Below, piece by piece: positions 1 to 9,852 of a stretch of DNA of 64,000 nt. The notes under the pieces are model-generated. The model was not told the DNA's origin. It did no database searches and was given only the letters and a program-made list of their open reading frames with translations. Positions within the stretch are counted from its first letter, which is position 1. Every line of letters begins with the position of its first letter. Source of the DNA: Thermoplasmatales archaeon (GTDB lineage: Archaea; Thermoplasmatota; Thermoplasmata; Thermoplasmatales; Thermoplasmataceae). The position numbers were made by a program, and so were the translations under genes. The stretch is from contig DAIDBH010000006.1 in NCBI GenBank assembly GCA_027310185.1, positions 1 through 64,000 on the forward strand, written 5' to 3'.

Positions 1-120
1 CTCTTTCGAGGCATGGTGTCGATCCGTAAGCTGCCAACCTTTTACACGAGTTCAGGACTCAAAGAACAAATCGGCAGCCTTTCCCGGACCCGTACTCCAC
101 ACGTTATGGAGTACGATCAA
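1..120 (-). other. GC-rich structured segment, probably the end of an inserted mobile element or ncRNA (truncated by the window edge)
   Basis: CGTACTCCA/TGGAGTACG hairpin, GCTGCC/GGCAGC stem and CCUC-GAAA-GAG tetraloop on the minus strand; much higher GC than the flank. Confidence 0.45.
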
Positions 121-223
121 AAAACTTCTTTCATAGTAGAACATAGTATTAAATGGGAGTTTTTTTTCCTACTCTAAAGAGTTTATTGGACAAAATATAG
201 AAAAAGAAAAATTTGATTTAACT

Positions 224-2713
224 ATGAACGATCTTAATATTTTAAGAAGAAAAATAGCTCATGCAAAACTTTCTTTCACTTATGAAAATTTACAAAGTCT
301 GATTGAAAAAATATTAATAGTTTCTCAGGGACCAGCCTCAAAAGAAATAGTAACGTATATAGAGTTAGAGAAATACAAATCCGCCGGAGATATACCACAA
401 ACGTTCTATGAGGAATATACCATCCCAAATAACCTACCCTTTGAGGACTTCGATATAGATGGGGGATTTGTCGGGAGAGAAAAGGAAATTAGAGATATTA
501 AAAAGCTCATCTATTCAAACGAAGATAGAATATTGACAATAATAGGTGCTGGTGGAGTGGGAAAAACTGCAATTGCTCTAAAACTTGCACACGAGACTAT
601 TTTAGCTACAGATAATCCGTTCACCGCAATTATGTGGTTTAGTGCAAAAGAAAGTAAGCTTACTGATTCCGGAATTTTACCATTGGAAACTGGAATTAGG
701 AGTGAGATGCAATTCGCTAAAGAGATCTCTCATATCATAGACGCAAAGCAGGAGGAAGCCTTAGATACTGCCAAAGTAGATTTTAATGCGTATAGAAACT
801 TCATTTACAACGCATTTAAAAAAAATAGAGTTCTTCTGGTAGTTGATAATTTAGAGACAGTCTATAAAAATCAAGCTATAATAGAATTTATTAAAAACAT
901 TCCAAGACCAAGTCAAGTTCTTGTGACAAGTAGAAAAGGACTTGGAGAGATAGAGCGTCGCTACCAGTTGAGTAACATGAATGATAAAGACGCAATAAAA
1001 CTTTTCAAGACAATATCAAAAGAGAAAAATAGACTTGATCTGGTATCTATGAATGAAGACGCTATAAGGCAGTTATGTAGGAAAGTTAAGAACTATCCTT
1101 TGCTTATAAAGTGGTCTATAGGGCAGGTGTGCATGGGAAAAGATATTGATAAGGCATTTTCTGTAATTCTTGAAGGTTCAAGTGACATTGCAAGTTTTGT
1201 CTTTAACGATGTCTTTTTGCTATTATCCAGCACTTCAAAAGTTGTTTTGTACAGTATGATTGTATACGAAAATAAACCTATGAAAATGGCTATTCTTGCA
1301 AATATATCTAAGCTAGATGAAGATGAACTTAATGATGCGATTAAGGAACTTAACTTGAGTTCTCTAATAATATCTGAGGTAGTAGAAGATTCTGGTTCAC
1401 CAGAAACTGTTTATTATATGCTTGACTTAACGATGGGATTCGTGGAGACAAAGCTTCAAAGTGAAGAAAAGCTACTAATGCAACTACAAAATAATAAGTA
1501 CCACCTGATTGATCAAATCAAGGGAGAGGAATCAGCAAAAAGTGGGTATGCGCAATCACTCATTTCATTTGGAGTGAAAACAGAGAGCGACAGGATTGCG
1601 TTCTTAAACGTAAAATCTGCAAAAAATTACCAGCTTAAAGGTGAATTTAAAGAAACAGAGAATTACTTTAAAGAGGCTATAAAGGCATCTCCACATTTTG
1701 CATATGCACTTACTGAATATGCTAAATTCGAATTTTATAGAGGTTTCCATCATCAGGCATTGGACAAAATGAAACAAGCTATCGAATTTGATCAGGAAAA
1801 TTTTCTTGTCTTCTTTTCATACGGAAAGATGCTAAGCATTGCCAGGAAACACGAAGAAGCAGTAGTGATTCTTCAGAAAGCTAAAGAGTTAAACCCTCAG
1901 TATCTTCCAATTTATAATGAATTAGGAAGAGTTTACTCAATTACCGGAGAGTATGACAAAGCAGAAATTGAATTCAGACAAGCATTGACCGAACAGAAAT
2001 ATCCAAACATTCGCCATAAAGTAATGACTCTTCAATTTTTAGGAGAGAATTTTAGAAGAAAGAGTCAGGCATGTCGAGATAGAAAAGACGTAACAGGAGA
2101 AATCCAAAATCTAAATAGAGGTTTAGAAACCGTTCTAGATGGCATGGAACTTTCTCCTAGTGATTTAAAATTATCGAAACTTCGTGCTGCCATACTAATT
2201 GATTTAGGAATAGCTTATTCCAAATCAGGTAATTTAAAAGATGGAAATGAATATTTTGAAATGGCAATGAAACCATTGATTATTGGTAATATTACATTAC
2301 AGCCTAGTGAAAAAACAATGTGCGAAGCAACTTACTATAGTGTTGCTTTTTATGGAAAAGCTGGACAAATTTCTAAAAGCAGCATTAAAGGTCTTATAAG
2401 AAGAGGATGTAGTTATTGTCAAACGAATTCAAAATTTTTGAACAAGTTCAAGAATTTGGAGAAAGAACTCTTCAAAGTTGATGAAACGATTAAAAATGAC
2501 CTTGAGTTGTTAGGTCTAATTAAATATTATAAGCAAGAAAGAAAATTTGGAGTGATTGAAGCAAGTGGAAAAGGATTCATATTCTTTCCAAACTCATTTT
2601 CAGAATATATCAACCAGAATGATATCCATGATCTTGTAGGGAAGTCTGTGAGTTTTATACCTATCCAGCAAAATGAAAAACAAGTTGCTAGTATGATAAG
2701 ATTGCTGAATTAG
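224..2713 (+). CDS. NLR-like STAND (NB-ARC-type) ATPase with TPR repeats, an N-terminal HEPN remnant and a C-terminal cold-shock/OB domain; probably 5'-truncated
   Basis: FVGRE motif, Walker A GAGGVGKT, Walker B LLVVDNLE, VLVTSR sensor, TPR-like repeats, RRKIAH (Rx4H) at the N-terminus, GLIKYYKQERKFGVI cold-shock-like C-terminus. Confidence 0.85.
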   Translation: MNDLNILRRKIAHAKLSFTYENLQSLIEKILIVSQGPASKEIVTYIELEKYKSAGDIPQTFYEEYTIPNNLPFEDFDIDGGFVGREKEIRDIKKLIYSNEDRILTIIGAGGVGKTAIALKLAHETILATDNPFTAIMWFSAKESKLTDSGILPLETGIRSEMQFAKEISHIIDAKQEEALDTAKVDFNAYRNFIYNAFKKNRVLLVVDNLETVYKNQAIIEFIKNIPRPSQVLVTSRKGLGEIERRYQLSNMNDKDAIKLFKTISKEKNRLDLVSMNEDAIRQLCRKVKNYPLLIKWSIGQVCMGKDIDKAFSVILEGSSDIASFVFNDVFLLLSSTSKVVLYSMIVYENKPMKMAILANISKLDEDELNDAIKELNLSSLIISEVVEDSGSPETVYYMLDLTMGFVETKLQSEEKLLMQLQNNKYHLIDQIKGEESAKSGYAQSLISFGVKTESDRIAFLNVKSAKNYQLKGEFKETENYFKEAIKASPHFAYALTEYAKFEFYRGFHHQALDKMKQAIEFDQENFLVFFSYGKMLSIARKHEEAVVILQKAKELNPQYLPIYNELGRVYSITGEYDKAEIEFRQALTEQKYPNIRHKVMTLQFLGENFRRKSQACRDRKDVTGEIQNLNRGLETVLDGMELSPSDLKLSKLRAAILIDLGIAYSKSGNLKDGNEYFEMAMKPLIIGNITLQPSEKTMCEATYYSVAFYGKAGQISKSSIKGLIRRGCSYCQTNSKFLNKFKNLEKELFKVDETIKNDLELLGLIKYYKQERKFGVIEASGKGFIFFPNSFSEYINQNDIHDLVGKSVSFIPIQQNEKQVASMIRLLN

Positions 2714-2843
2714 AACAATTTAGAAAACTAAATGAGAGATAAAATGTTCCCAACAATAAGGTATTATTAACAATACTATTAACATGAGTTATTATTATAA
2801 ATTTTTTTTAATTGTTGTTGCGAAGGTAATTGTAATCTATAAT

Positions 2844-2865
2844 ATTACAGCTTAGTCTGACACCC
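2844..2865. mobile_element. Possible orphan IS256-type terminal inverted repeat
   Basis: ATTACAGCTTAGTCTGACACCC resembles the TTACA-Nx-TGACA-CCC pattern of IS256 ends; no partner repeat or transposase seen. Confidence 0.25.
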
Positions 2866-3511
2866 TTTATAAATATTATACAACAACCATATAGACATCA
2901 AAAGTATAGGTGAAATAAATGCGATTCAAAACTTCTTTCCTTTAACATTCATATGACTAGAAAATGACAGCCAAAATATCAGTTCTTTTGACATTGAAAT
3001 AACGGAACCGATAATAATAAATATTTCATTGACTGCTTCTATATAGGATAGTGGAAGAATTTTAATGTAAGGAGGGAAAGAAAATCATGGAGTTATAAAT
3101 CTCTCGAGAGTACTTAGGTTAAATCATCAAGGTTTTTCAATATTGTTGGAAGTTAGAATTTGTACATGAGACATAGTTTATCACTCAATAGATCATTCAG
3201 ATTAGCAGCGTTTTTTATAATAGTACTGTTGATTCGCAAATGAACATTAATATCTGTGATCATTAAAATGAACACTTAAAAACGCAGTATAAGTGATTTG
3301 TAATAATAAATCAGATAAGGCTGATTTCGAGCGAAATTTATTTTTATAAAAGATTTACTTTATCAAGGTAAGATTAAATTTTTTGCTTAGTACAAAACTG
3401 ATGTAATTGAGAACTATAAACTAGATTTCCTTTTGAAAGTTTGTTATTATAACGATTCTTTTGATATTTATACACTATTAAAATTTAATAGAAGAAATTT
3501 CCACAAAAAAA

Positions 3512-4669
3512 TTACTTGAGTAAACTATTTTCTTTCCTCTTATGTCTTTGTAGAAGGGATGTTGATGTCGAGTTTAAATACACGTTTCGAAAGCTTGGAT
3601 CATTGATCAAGTTCCAGTTTTTTATTCTATCCATTAAGTCTGAGAGGTCAATAAGCATGAAGTTTGTTCCTTCATGGGTAGCTACTGCCTTATCATCATC
3701 CTCTATTTGTGAGCGTTGCCTGGAATTCTCTATTTTCTTCTTCATATTAGAGTTTTCAAATAGTTCAACTAGAAGATTAACCAAGTCTTTTCCTGGATCT
3801 GATGAGGTTAATTCAAACAGAAGACCGATCCATTCTGGCAAGAGATCAAAGAATTCACCTATTTCTTTAGTAAAACCGCTTTCCATAACATAGTCGCATA
3901 AATCATTTATTGAACCAAAAACTATGGGTCCACTTTCATATTTTTCCCAGGTATTTGCCAAATCATGCTTTTTCCCTAAGAACTTCGATAATGAAGTAAC
4001 ATTATCCTTGAACCTGTATAGACTTTGGAGTGATAATTGAAACTCGTCACTCCCATTCACGTTTCTATCAGAATCTAAATCAGTCTCTTCCCTTAAGGAA
4101 AATAAATCTTCTGATTCTCCTCCAGTGTATATATATCTTGGTTGTCTGTTTAGGCTCTTTGTTTTTTTAATGATACCTAACTTTTCCATCTCCTTTGCAA
4201 CATTTCTAATCAAAGTTCGGTTCTTCACTTCTACTATTGCGATCTCCCGCAAATCCCTCAAGGTATATCCACCATCTCTTTGGCTATTCACCCCGATTAA
4301 AGATAGACATAGCCATACCCTTTTCAGGTGCTTGCCCGAACTTTTGAAGACTGGACTCAACAATGGTTCAATAGCAATAAACATGTTTGTTTCGTCATTA
4401 CTTATAAACCTGTTTTTCTCATTCTTTTTCTTAATTGGAATTAGCTCATTGATCCTTTTTAACATTTTTTTCACGTATTCAAGTTGCTTGGCTGATGGAG
4501 GGATCGAAAGGTAAAGTTCACATAATTGATCAATTTCTGAGCCTGATGTAGTTAGGTATTCAATTAAAGGATTTTTATTGGGAAAAGATCTAATAGAACC
4601 CCAGTCAATATCGAAACTGAGTCCGTATTTTTTTCGTTTTAAACGCATTATATCACTATTAAGTGGCAT
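3512..4669 (-). CDS. Hypothetical protein with a central winged-HTH; putative element regulator
   Basis: 385-aa ORF; YTLRDLREIA...EMEKLGIIKK...YIY resembles a wHTH; divergent from the replication operon. Confidence 0.6.
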   Translation of the reverse strand: MPLNSDIMRLKRKKYGLSFDIDWGSIRSFPNKNPLIEYLTTSGSEIDQLCELYLSIPPSAKQLEYVKKMLKRINELIPIKKKNEKNRFISNDETNMFIAIEPLLSPVFKSSGKHLKRVWLCLSLIGVNSQRDGGYTLRDLREIAIVEVKNRTLIRNVAKEMEKLGIIKKTKSLNRQPRYIYTGGESEDLFSLREETDLDSDRNVNGSDEFQLSLQSLYRFKDNVTSLSKFLGKKHDLANTWEKYESGPIVFGSINDLCDYVMESGFTKEIGEFFDLLPEWIGLLFELTSSDPGKDLVNLLVELFENSNMKKKIENSRQRSQIEDDDKAVATHEGTNFMLIDLSDLMDRIKNWNLINDPSFRNVYLNSTSTSLLQRHKRKENSLLK

Positions 4670-4719
4670 ATTATAACATTACATATAACTTATTCTATGT
4701 CATTTGTAATAACCAGATC

Positions 4720-4899
4720 ATGATAGCAGGAAGGAGAAAAGTTGTCAAGGTGGGGAATAGCCATGTCTTCAGTATACCAGCCAATTTTGTCAAAGGTACT
4801 GAAGCTACTTTTGCAGGGTCTGAGCTTATTTTGCTGGATCCAACGGGAAAAAGGGAACTTGTGGAATTGGTGGAATTATTAAGGAAGGTTGAGGGATAA
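4720..4899 (+). CDS. AbrB/MazE-like swapped-hairpin DNA-binding protein
   Basis: RKVVKVGNSHVFSIP motif; ATG at 4720; heads the replication operon. Confidence 0.7.
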   Translation: MIAGRRKVVKVGNSHVFSIPANFVKGTEATFAGSELILLDPTGKRELVELVELLRKVEG

Positions 4900-4900
4900 G

Positions 4901-5005
4901 ATGAGCTTGGCCAAGGTTTTTGAATTGTGGAGCAAAATTAAACAGGAAAAGGTTTGTAAAAATAGCGTTAATATTTCCAGACAAGCAAAGGAGGGCAAAA
5001 AATGA
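4901..5005 (+). CDS. Small hypothetical protein (34 aa)
   Basis: MSLAKVFELWSKIKQEK...; GAGGG upstream; ATGA overlap with the next ORF. Confidence 0.4.
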   Translation: MSLAKVFELWSKIKQEKVCKNSVNISRQAKEGKK

Positions 5006-5208
5006 CAGATGTGGACCTAGGGAAGCTAAAGGCAAAGGCAGTTAAGTTCCCTGAACCAGTTAAAACATTGATATTGAGCGAACCTGATATATTAGATCCA
5101 TCAGAATTCATTACAAAGCTTGGAACATGGGAAAAACTTCTTGAAATAGGATATAGAGACAATTCTGTAAAGATTGTTCAGATGCAAAGAGCGGGTGGTA
5201 AAAGATGA
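5002..5208 (+). CDS. Small hypothetical protein of the replication operon
   Basis: 68-aa ORF with GGAGG RBS, translationally coupled. Confidence 0.65.
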   Translation: MTDVDLGKLKAKAVKFPEPVKTLILSEPDILDPSEFITKLGTWEKLLEIGYRDNSVKIVQMQRAGGKR

Positions 5209-5227
5209 TCCAATATGACATGGAGGA

Positions 5228-6208
5228 TTGGTAAAATTGTATACCCCCAACTTTACCAATAAATATAGTTGTTCCAGCCTAATAGATTTTATGGATACAA
5301 TCAAGGAACCCACTCAACAGGGATTGGCTATGGAATTTGCTAAAATGGGAATTCCGGTGATCCCTTGCAAACAGGATAAAACGCCCATAATTGACTCTGA
5401 GCTTTGTTTAATACACTGGAATCAGGATGCTACAACTGACATGCGCATGATTGCAAAAATCTGGCACAAATATCAGAATGCTGCCATCGGACTTGTACTC
5501 CCATCTGGATTGATCGTGATTGATTGCGACGTGCTGAAAGACGGTAAAAAAGTCCCTATTTTAAGGAATGGCATACCCATTCAAATAGGTATAGAGTCAC
5601 TACAGCAGATAATGCTTGAATTGAACTTGTCCAAGGAGGACCTCAACACACTGAGCTGGGACACGCAATCTGGTGGACGACAATTCCTTTTTAAGATGCC
5701 TCCTGGCTCCTCTTCTTTCAACCTCACACGTTTACTTGATGGACTCGATGTGAAAGGCTTTGGCGGGTATGTAATTGCACCAAATTCTATTGGGAAATTT
5801 GGACAATACAAGTTTAGAAATCTTACTGAAATCAATGAAATACCTATTCCACTGTTAAATTACATCAACTCAAAGACAAAGCAATGTAGTATTGTAAATT
5901 CATCTGGTATTAAAGCTCCAGGAATGGTTAAAATCGATTGTGATACACTGGTTGAAATTTTAACTCCGTACTGGTCAAAAGCTGATGGCAGGCGAAATGA
6001 TTTCATGCTTGCCATAGCTGGTGCTATCAGAAGGGCTGGAGGTGTGGAGAGTGATGCTATATACATTATTTCTAAGCTCTCAGAAATCTCAGGAAAAGGA
6101 CGCGATCATATCAAAGGCGTAAGTTATGCATTTAGAAGAGAGGGTCCGCTAAAGGGATTCAACTCATTGGAGAAGTTGATGGAGGAACTCGGAAATGTCA
6201 AGGAATAA
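5228..6208 (+). CDS. Bifunctional DNA primase/polymerase (prim-pol, AEP superfamily)
   Basis: GIPVIPC..DKTP, IVIDCD, TQSGGRQ, DVKGFGGYVIAPNS; C-terminal GRRNDF PriCT-like region. Confidence 0.9.
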   Translation: MVKLYTPNFTNKYSCSSLIDFMDTIKEPTQQGLAMEFAKMGIPVIPCKQDKTPIIDSELCLIHWNQDATTDMRMIAKIWHKYQNAAIGLVLPSGLIVIDCDVLKDGKKVPILRNGIPIQIGIESLQQIMLELNLSKEDLNTLSWDTQSGGRQFLFKMPPGSSSFNLTRLLDGLDVKGFGGYVIAPNSIGKFGQYKFRNLTEINEIPIPLLNYINSKTKQCSIVNSSGIKAPGMVKIDCDTLVEILTPYWSKADGRRNDFMLAIAGAIRRAGGVESDAIYIISKLSEISGKGRDHIKGVSYAFRREGPLKGFNSLEKLMEELGNVKE

Positions 6209-8159
6209 AGTTAAAAGAGATATTAAGAAGATAAAGGAATCGCTGAGTAGGAAAGAGGAAAAAGTAAATGAATTAGAAATCGTATATAAATCGCATTTCA
6301 CTTATGATAAATGGCACTATGCTGAATGCGATGATAATGGTAAACTAATGTTCATCAAATACAGGAATGGGCAAAGTGAAATAGTGGGCAGTATAAAAAT
6401 ATCTAACCCTGATGACCCTGATCGTGAAATCTCGGTTTTTCCAGCTCCACAGATAGCACAAACCAGAATCGATAGAGTCCTTCAGGAAGAACAGCAAGAA
6501 GTGATTAAATTTCCACCAAAACCGGTTGCTTATGTTTCTGAGTATGATCTTTACTGTGAGATCAAGGATTTCATCCATCAATTTATTGAATTGATGCCTG
6601 AGGACGAGATCATACTTGCCTTATATATTTTGAGATCCTCAGTATACGATATTCTAAAAGATTCATCATTTCCCTTTATACATGTCCTAGCACCCTTTGG
6701 GAAGGGCAAATCAAGATTGCTTACGGTAATGAGCGAAATAACACCATACGGATTCTATTCAGTTGATATAAAATCAGCAGCACTTAAAAGGGTTTCAGAC
6801 ATATACGGCGTTGTCGTATTTGTGGATGAAAAAGGGGACATGGATAGTGAACTTGCATCAATTCTTAATGGCAAATACAATGCTAACTCTGTCATACTTA
6901 ATGCCAATAATGAGGTTCAACAGGGAGTTTCAGCAATTATCGGATATAGAATTTATGGCCCTCTTGTGATGGCCGGCCGCTCCCCATTTAAGGATGATGC
7001 CATAGAATCAAAGAGTTTCCAGGTAAACATGGATTTTGAGATGACCCGTGATGATGTGCCCAGGAAGATCAAGGGAAGACTACATGATGATTTCCGGGAA
7101 ATAGGGCTTAAAATAAGAGGACAGCTACTTAATTTCAGAATTAAATGGCATGATAGGATAAACGAAATAGAGGAGGGGCAATTCTTGAAACTGTATGAGG
7201 ATCATACAGAACCAAGGCTTTTTGAGGTAATTTCATTTTTTGAGGACTTGATTGAGATCATTCCCCAAATAAAACATGAAATTGGCAAAGTACTGAAATC
7301 TCAGATAATACGGAATGTAGAAGTTGCATCCCAGACACCTAACGGCATTATTGCAAACGAAGTACTGACACTAATGCAATCAGAGGATGAAATAGATCAA
7401 TACAGTGTTAATGGAAGGAACTACCGGGGCATATATTTGAGCGCAATTTACGATGAACTTGGCAAGAATTATGCCAAGCAAGTGGGTAAGATTCTTTCAG
7501 CATTAGGCCTTAAGACCGATCGCCCAAGAATAAGAAAAACCAGAAAAGGCCAAAATGGGCAGACACAAGAGTACACTAAAAGATATTCAATGGTAAGGTT
7601 CCCTGACGAAAAAAAGATGCGGGAACTTAGATCAAGATATGACCCAGAATTCGTTATTGCTAAATTAACCACTATAGAGCAGGGTCCTCATAGAACCTTG
7701 GACGTTGAGGACTATGAGGACAATGATCTGCGAGGAGGTAACAGCAAAGATGATGATGAAAAGAACGATGAAAGTATGAATTTACATGAACAGTTTACAG
7801 AGAATACAGAAAAATCGCTAACCATATCTAAGAATGATAGTCCACATAGTCCTCTTAATCCAGAGATTAATGAGGAGATAGTAAAATCCGATGTTCAGAA
7901 TGAAATTCAAATAACGGAGGAAGAGGCCAATCAACTCAAAGACTCGCTACTCAAACAGGGAATTCATTTAAATGTATCTGATACTAGTGTTTCTAGCTAT
8001 GGTGACAAATACAATTTAGCAGTCCCAGTTAACTTCTACCATCAAAACACTGAAAAAGTGGACAAGTTGATGGCAGAATTAGGATTCAAGAAGGGAAACA
8101 ATGGAACTTTACATAACGTGTTTTTCAGCCGACCATTGAAGGGGGGCAAATTCACATGA
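6195..8159 (+). CDS. P-loop ATPase, putative replicative helicase partner of the prim-pol (DUF3631-like)
   Basis: Walker A APFGKGKS, Walker B VVFVDE; overlaps the prim-pol stop and has a GGAGG RBS. Confidence 0.7.
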   Translation: MSRNKVKRDIKKIKESLSRKEEKVNELEIVYKSHFTYDKWHYAECDDNGKLMFIKYRNGQSEIVGSIKISNPDDPDREISVFPAPQIAQTRIDRVLQEEQQEVIKFPPKPVAYVSEYDLYCEIKDFIHQFIELMPEDEIILALYILRSSVYDILKDSSFPFIHVLAPFGKGKSRLLTVMSEITPYGFYSVDIKSAALKRVSDIYGVVVFVDEKGDMDSELASILNGKYNANSVILNANNEVQQGVSAIIGYRIYGPLVMAGRSPFKDDAIESKSFQVNMDFEMTRDDVPRKIKGRLHDDFREIGLKIRGQLLNFRIKWHDRINEIEEGQFLKLYEDHTEPRLFEVISFFEDLIEIIPQIKHEIGKVLKSQIIRNVEVASQTPNGIIANEVLTLMQSEDEIDQYSVNGRNYRGIYLSAIYDELGKNYAKQVGKILSALGLKTDRPRIRKTRKGQNGQTQEYTKRYSMVRFPDEKKMRELRSRYDPEFVIAKLTTIEQGPHRTLDVEDYEDNDLRGGNSKDDDEKNDESMNLHEQFTENTEKSLTISKNDSPHSPLNPEINEEIVKSDVQNEIQITEEEANQLKDSLLKQGIHLNVSDTSVSSYGDKYNLAVPVNFYHQNTEKVDKLMAELGFKKGNNGTLHNVFFSRPLKGGKFT

Positions 8160-8769
8160 TACCTCCAATATCTATGAACAAAATTAAGATTACAACAACT
8201 AGTGTTAATATCTTACGGAACAAAGAGTACACCATATACCTCAACTGGTGAACTGTCCAAACGTATTTACATACGCGAACACACATTAATAAACCAAATA
8301 CCTTTTTTTCATGACGGTTTGGAGACCATGTTCAATCGCAATGTGGGAGAGCAAAAGGATGAAAACAAAAGGGATACCTTTCACAGTTCTCTTGAGTAAT
8401 ATTCTGTAAATCATAATTATAATTTCGGTTCAAGAATGAAAATTAGAGTGGCACACAACCGATGACATCCCGTAAAATGCCAACTAATGAATGATAATAG
8501 CTACGTCTTACCCTCATCAACTTAATATTCAAGCCAATTATCACGTGACTTGTCACGGAGTTGATTATAAGATATAGCAATTCTCTCTAGTTTCATTTTG
8601 TTCCCTATTTTAAACGCTCTTAATAGTTAAGACACTGCGGAGGTAAGCTCGACATAAAGTCAATCTAAAAAGATGATATTGCTTGATCTATAAATTTCCT
8701 TTTTCAAGTCATCAGAATTATCCTAATTTTTGAACCCTGTGAAGAAATAGAAAGGCTAAATGAATAATA

Positions 8770-9687
8770 TTAAAGATTTAATCTCTTCAATATAATATCG
8801 CTAGCCTCCCATATTCTTTCATATTCCTGAACTATGCCAAGTTCAGTATTGTAGTCTTCATGTCCAATCTGCTCACATTGTTCGCTAGGATATCTTGTAA
8901 ATGCTTCATGAGGATAAGTGATTATGCTTAATATATACAATGGTATAGATATTAAAATTAGGTTTATTAGACTTTTATCTATGTCTTTGATTGTACCGTA
9001 CAGTATTCCTTTCCAATCTACATTTTCAAATTGAGATTCGATTTCAGGATAATCTGAGGTTAAGTCTTTTGAAATCTCCTTAATGGAAGTTTCAAAGTCA
9101 TTTCCGTAAAATGATCTTAAAATCTGAGATGAGTCCGTCATATTCCATTGCTGTATAAAAAAATTACTAAAATCTAACAGAGCACTAATTTCTGATGATG
9201 ACAGCTTAGCAATACTGGACTTAAATTCATTTTTTCTCGAATTAGAAATAGTTTCGTCAATAATACCAAGCTTGGCAAAATCTAGTGATACAAACATATT
9301 TAAAGATTGCAAATGCCTCAACAGGGAATTAAGTGATGGTTCTTTAAATAGAATTAAATAAATTTCAGGAGAATTGTGGCGGGTATTTATAATTGAATGA
9401 TATTTAAGAGGAAAAAATTTAAGAGCTAGGGCTTTTACCATCTTCTCAATGGCTTGTTGAAGGTGGTATGTGGAATTGGCATAATCTTTCATTTTGTAGA
9501 GAGCCATACTTGCTTTCATATCTGCTTCTGCCTTGGTTAGAAATTCCTTAATCTTCCTTACTTCATCTTTGTTTGGTGAAGAGTAAAGATTTTGAGTATC
9601 GCCACTACTTGTTACTTCTATGATTTTATTTATAAAATTCTTTAGATCTTTTGTATTAAAATTGTTATTTTTGCTTTTTTCAGCCAT
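8770..9687 (-). CDS. HEPN-domain protein (RYP type) without an adjacent MNT
   Basis: AEADMKAS...YHLQQAIEKMVKA and HEAFTRYP motifs. Confidence 0.8.
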   Translation of the reverse strand: MAEKSKNNNFNTKDLKNFINKIIEVTSSGDTQNLYSSPNKDEVRKIKEFLTKAEADMKASMALYKMKDYANSTYHLQQAIEKMVKALALKFFPLKYHSIINTRHNSPEIYLILFKEPSLNSLLRHLQSLNMFVSLDFAKLGIIDETISNSRKNEFKSSIAKLSSSEISALLDFSNFFIQQWNMTDSSQILRSFYGNDFETSIKEISKDLTSDYPEIESQFENVDWKGILYGTIKDIDKSLINLILISIPLYILSIITYPHEAFTRYPSEQCEQIGHEDYNTELGIVQEYERIWEASDIILKRLNL

Positions 9688-9852
9688 TCATATCATCTTA
9701 CGACAATATATGTTATTTCTTATAAAAACTTTGTAATTCTCAATTTCAGAAAGCTCTGTATAAAGTTCTCAATTTTAATTACAATTCCTCAAACTAAATT
9801 TCTTCTCTCTTGAAACAATAAAAAAACAAGATTTTGATGAATTTATAGCAAA

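Noticed and set aside
83-120. Group II intron domain V look-alike on the minus strand (GTACGGGTCCGGGAAAGG)
   Set aside because: No AGC/CGC catalytic triad, no AC bulge and no recognisable domain VI end
8202-8399. 65-aa ORF after the ATPase
   Set aside because: GTG start, no RBS and no motif
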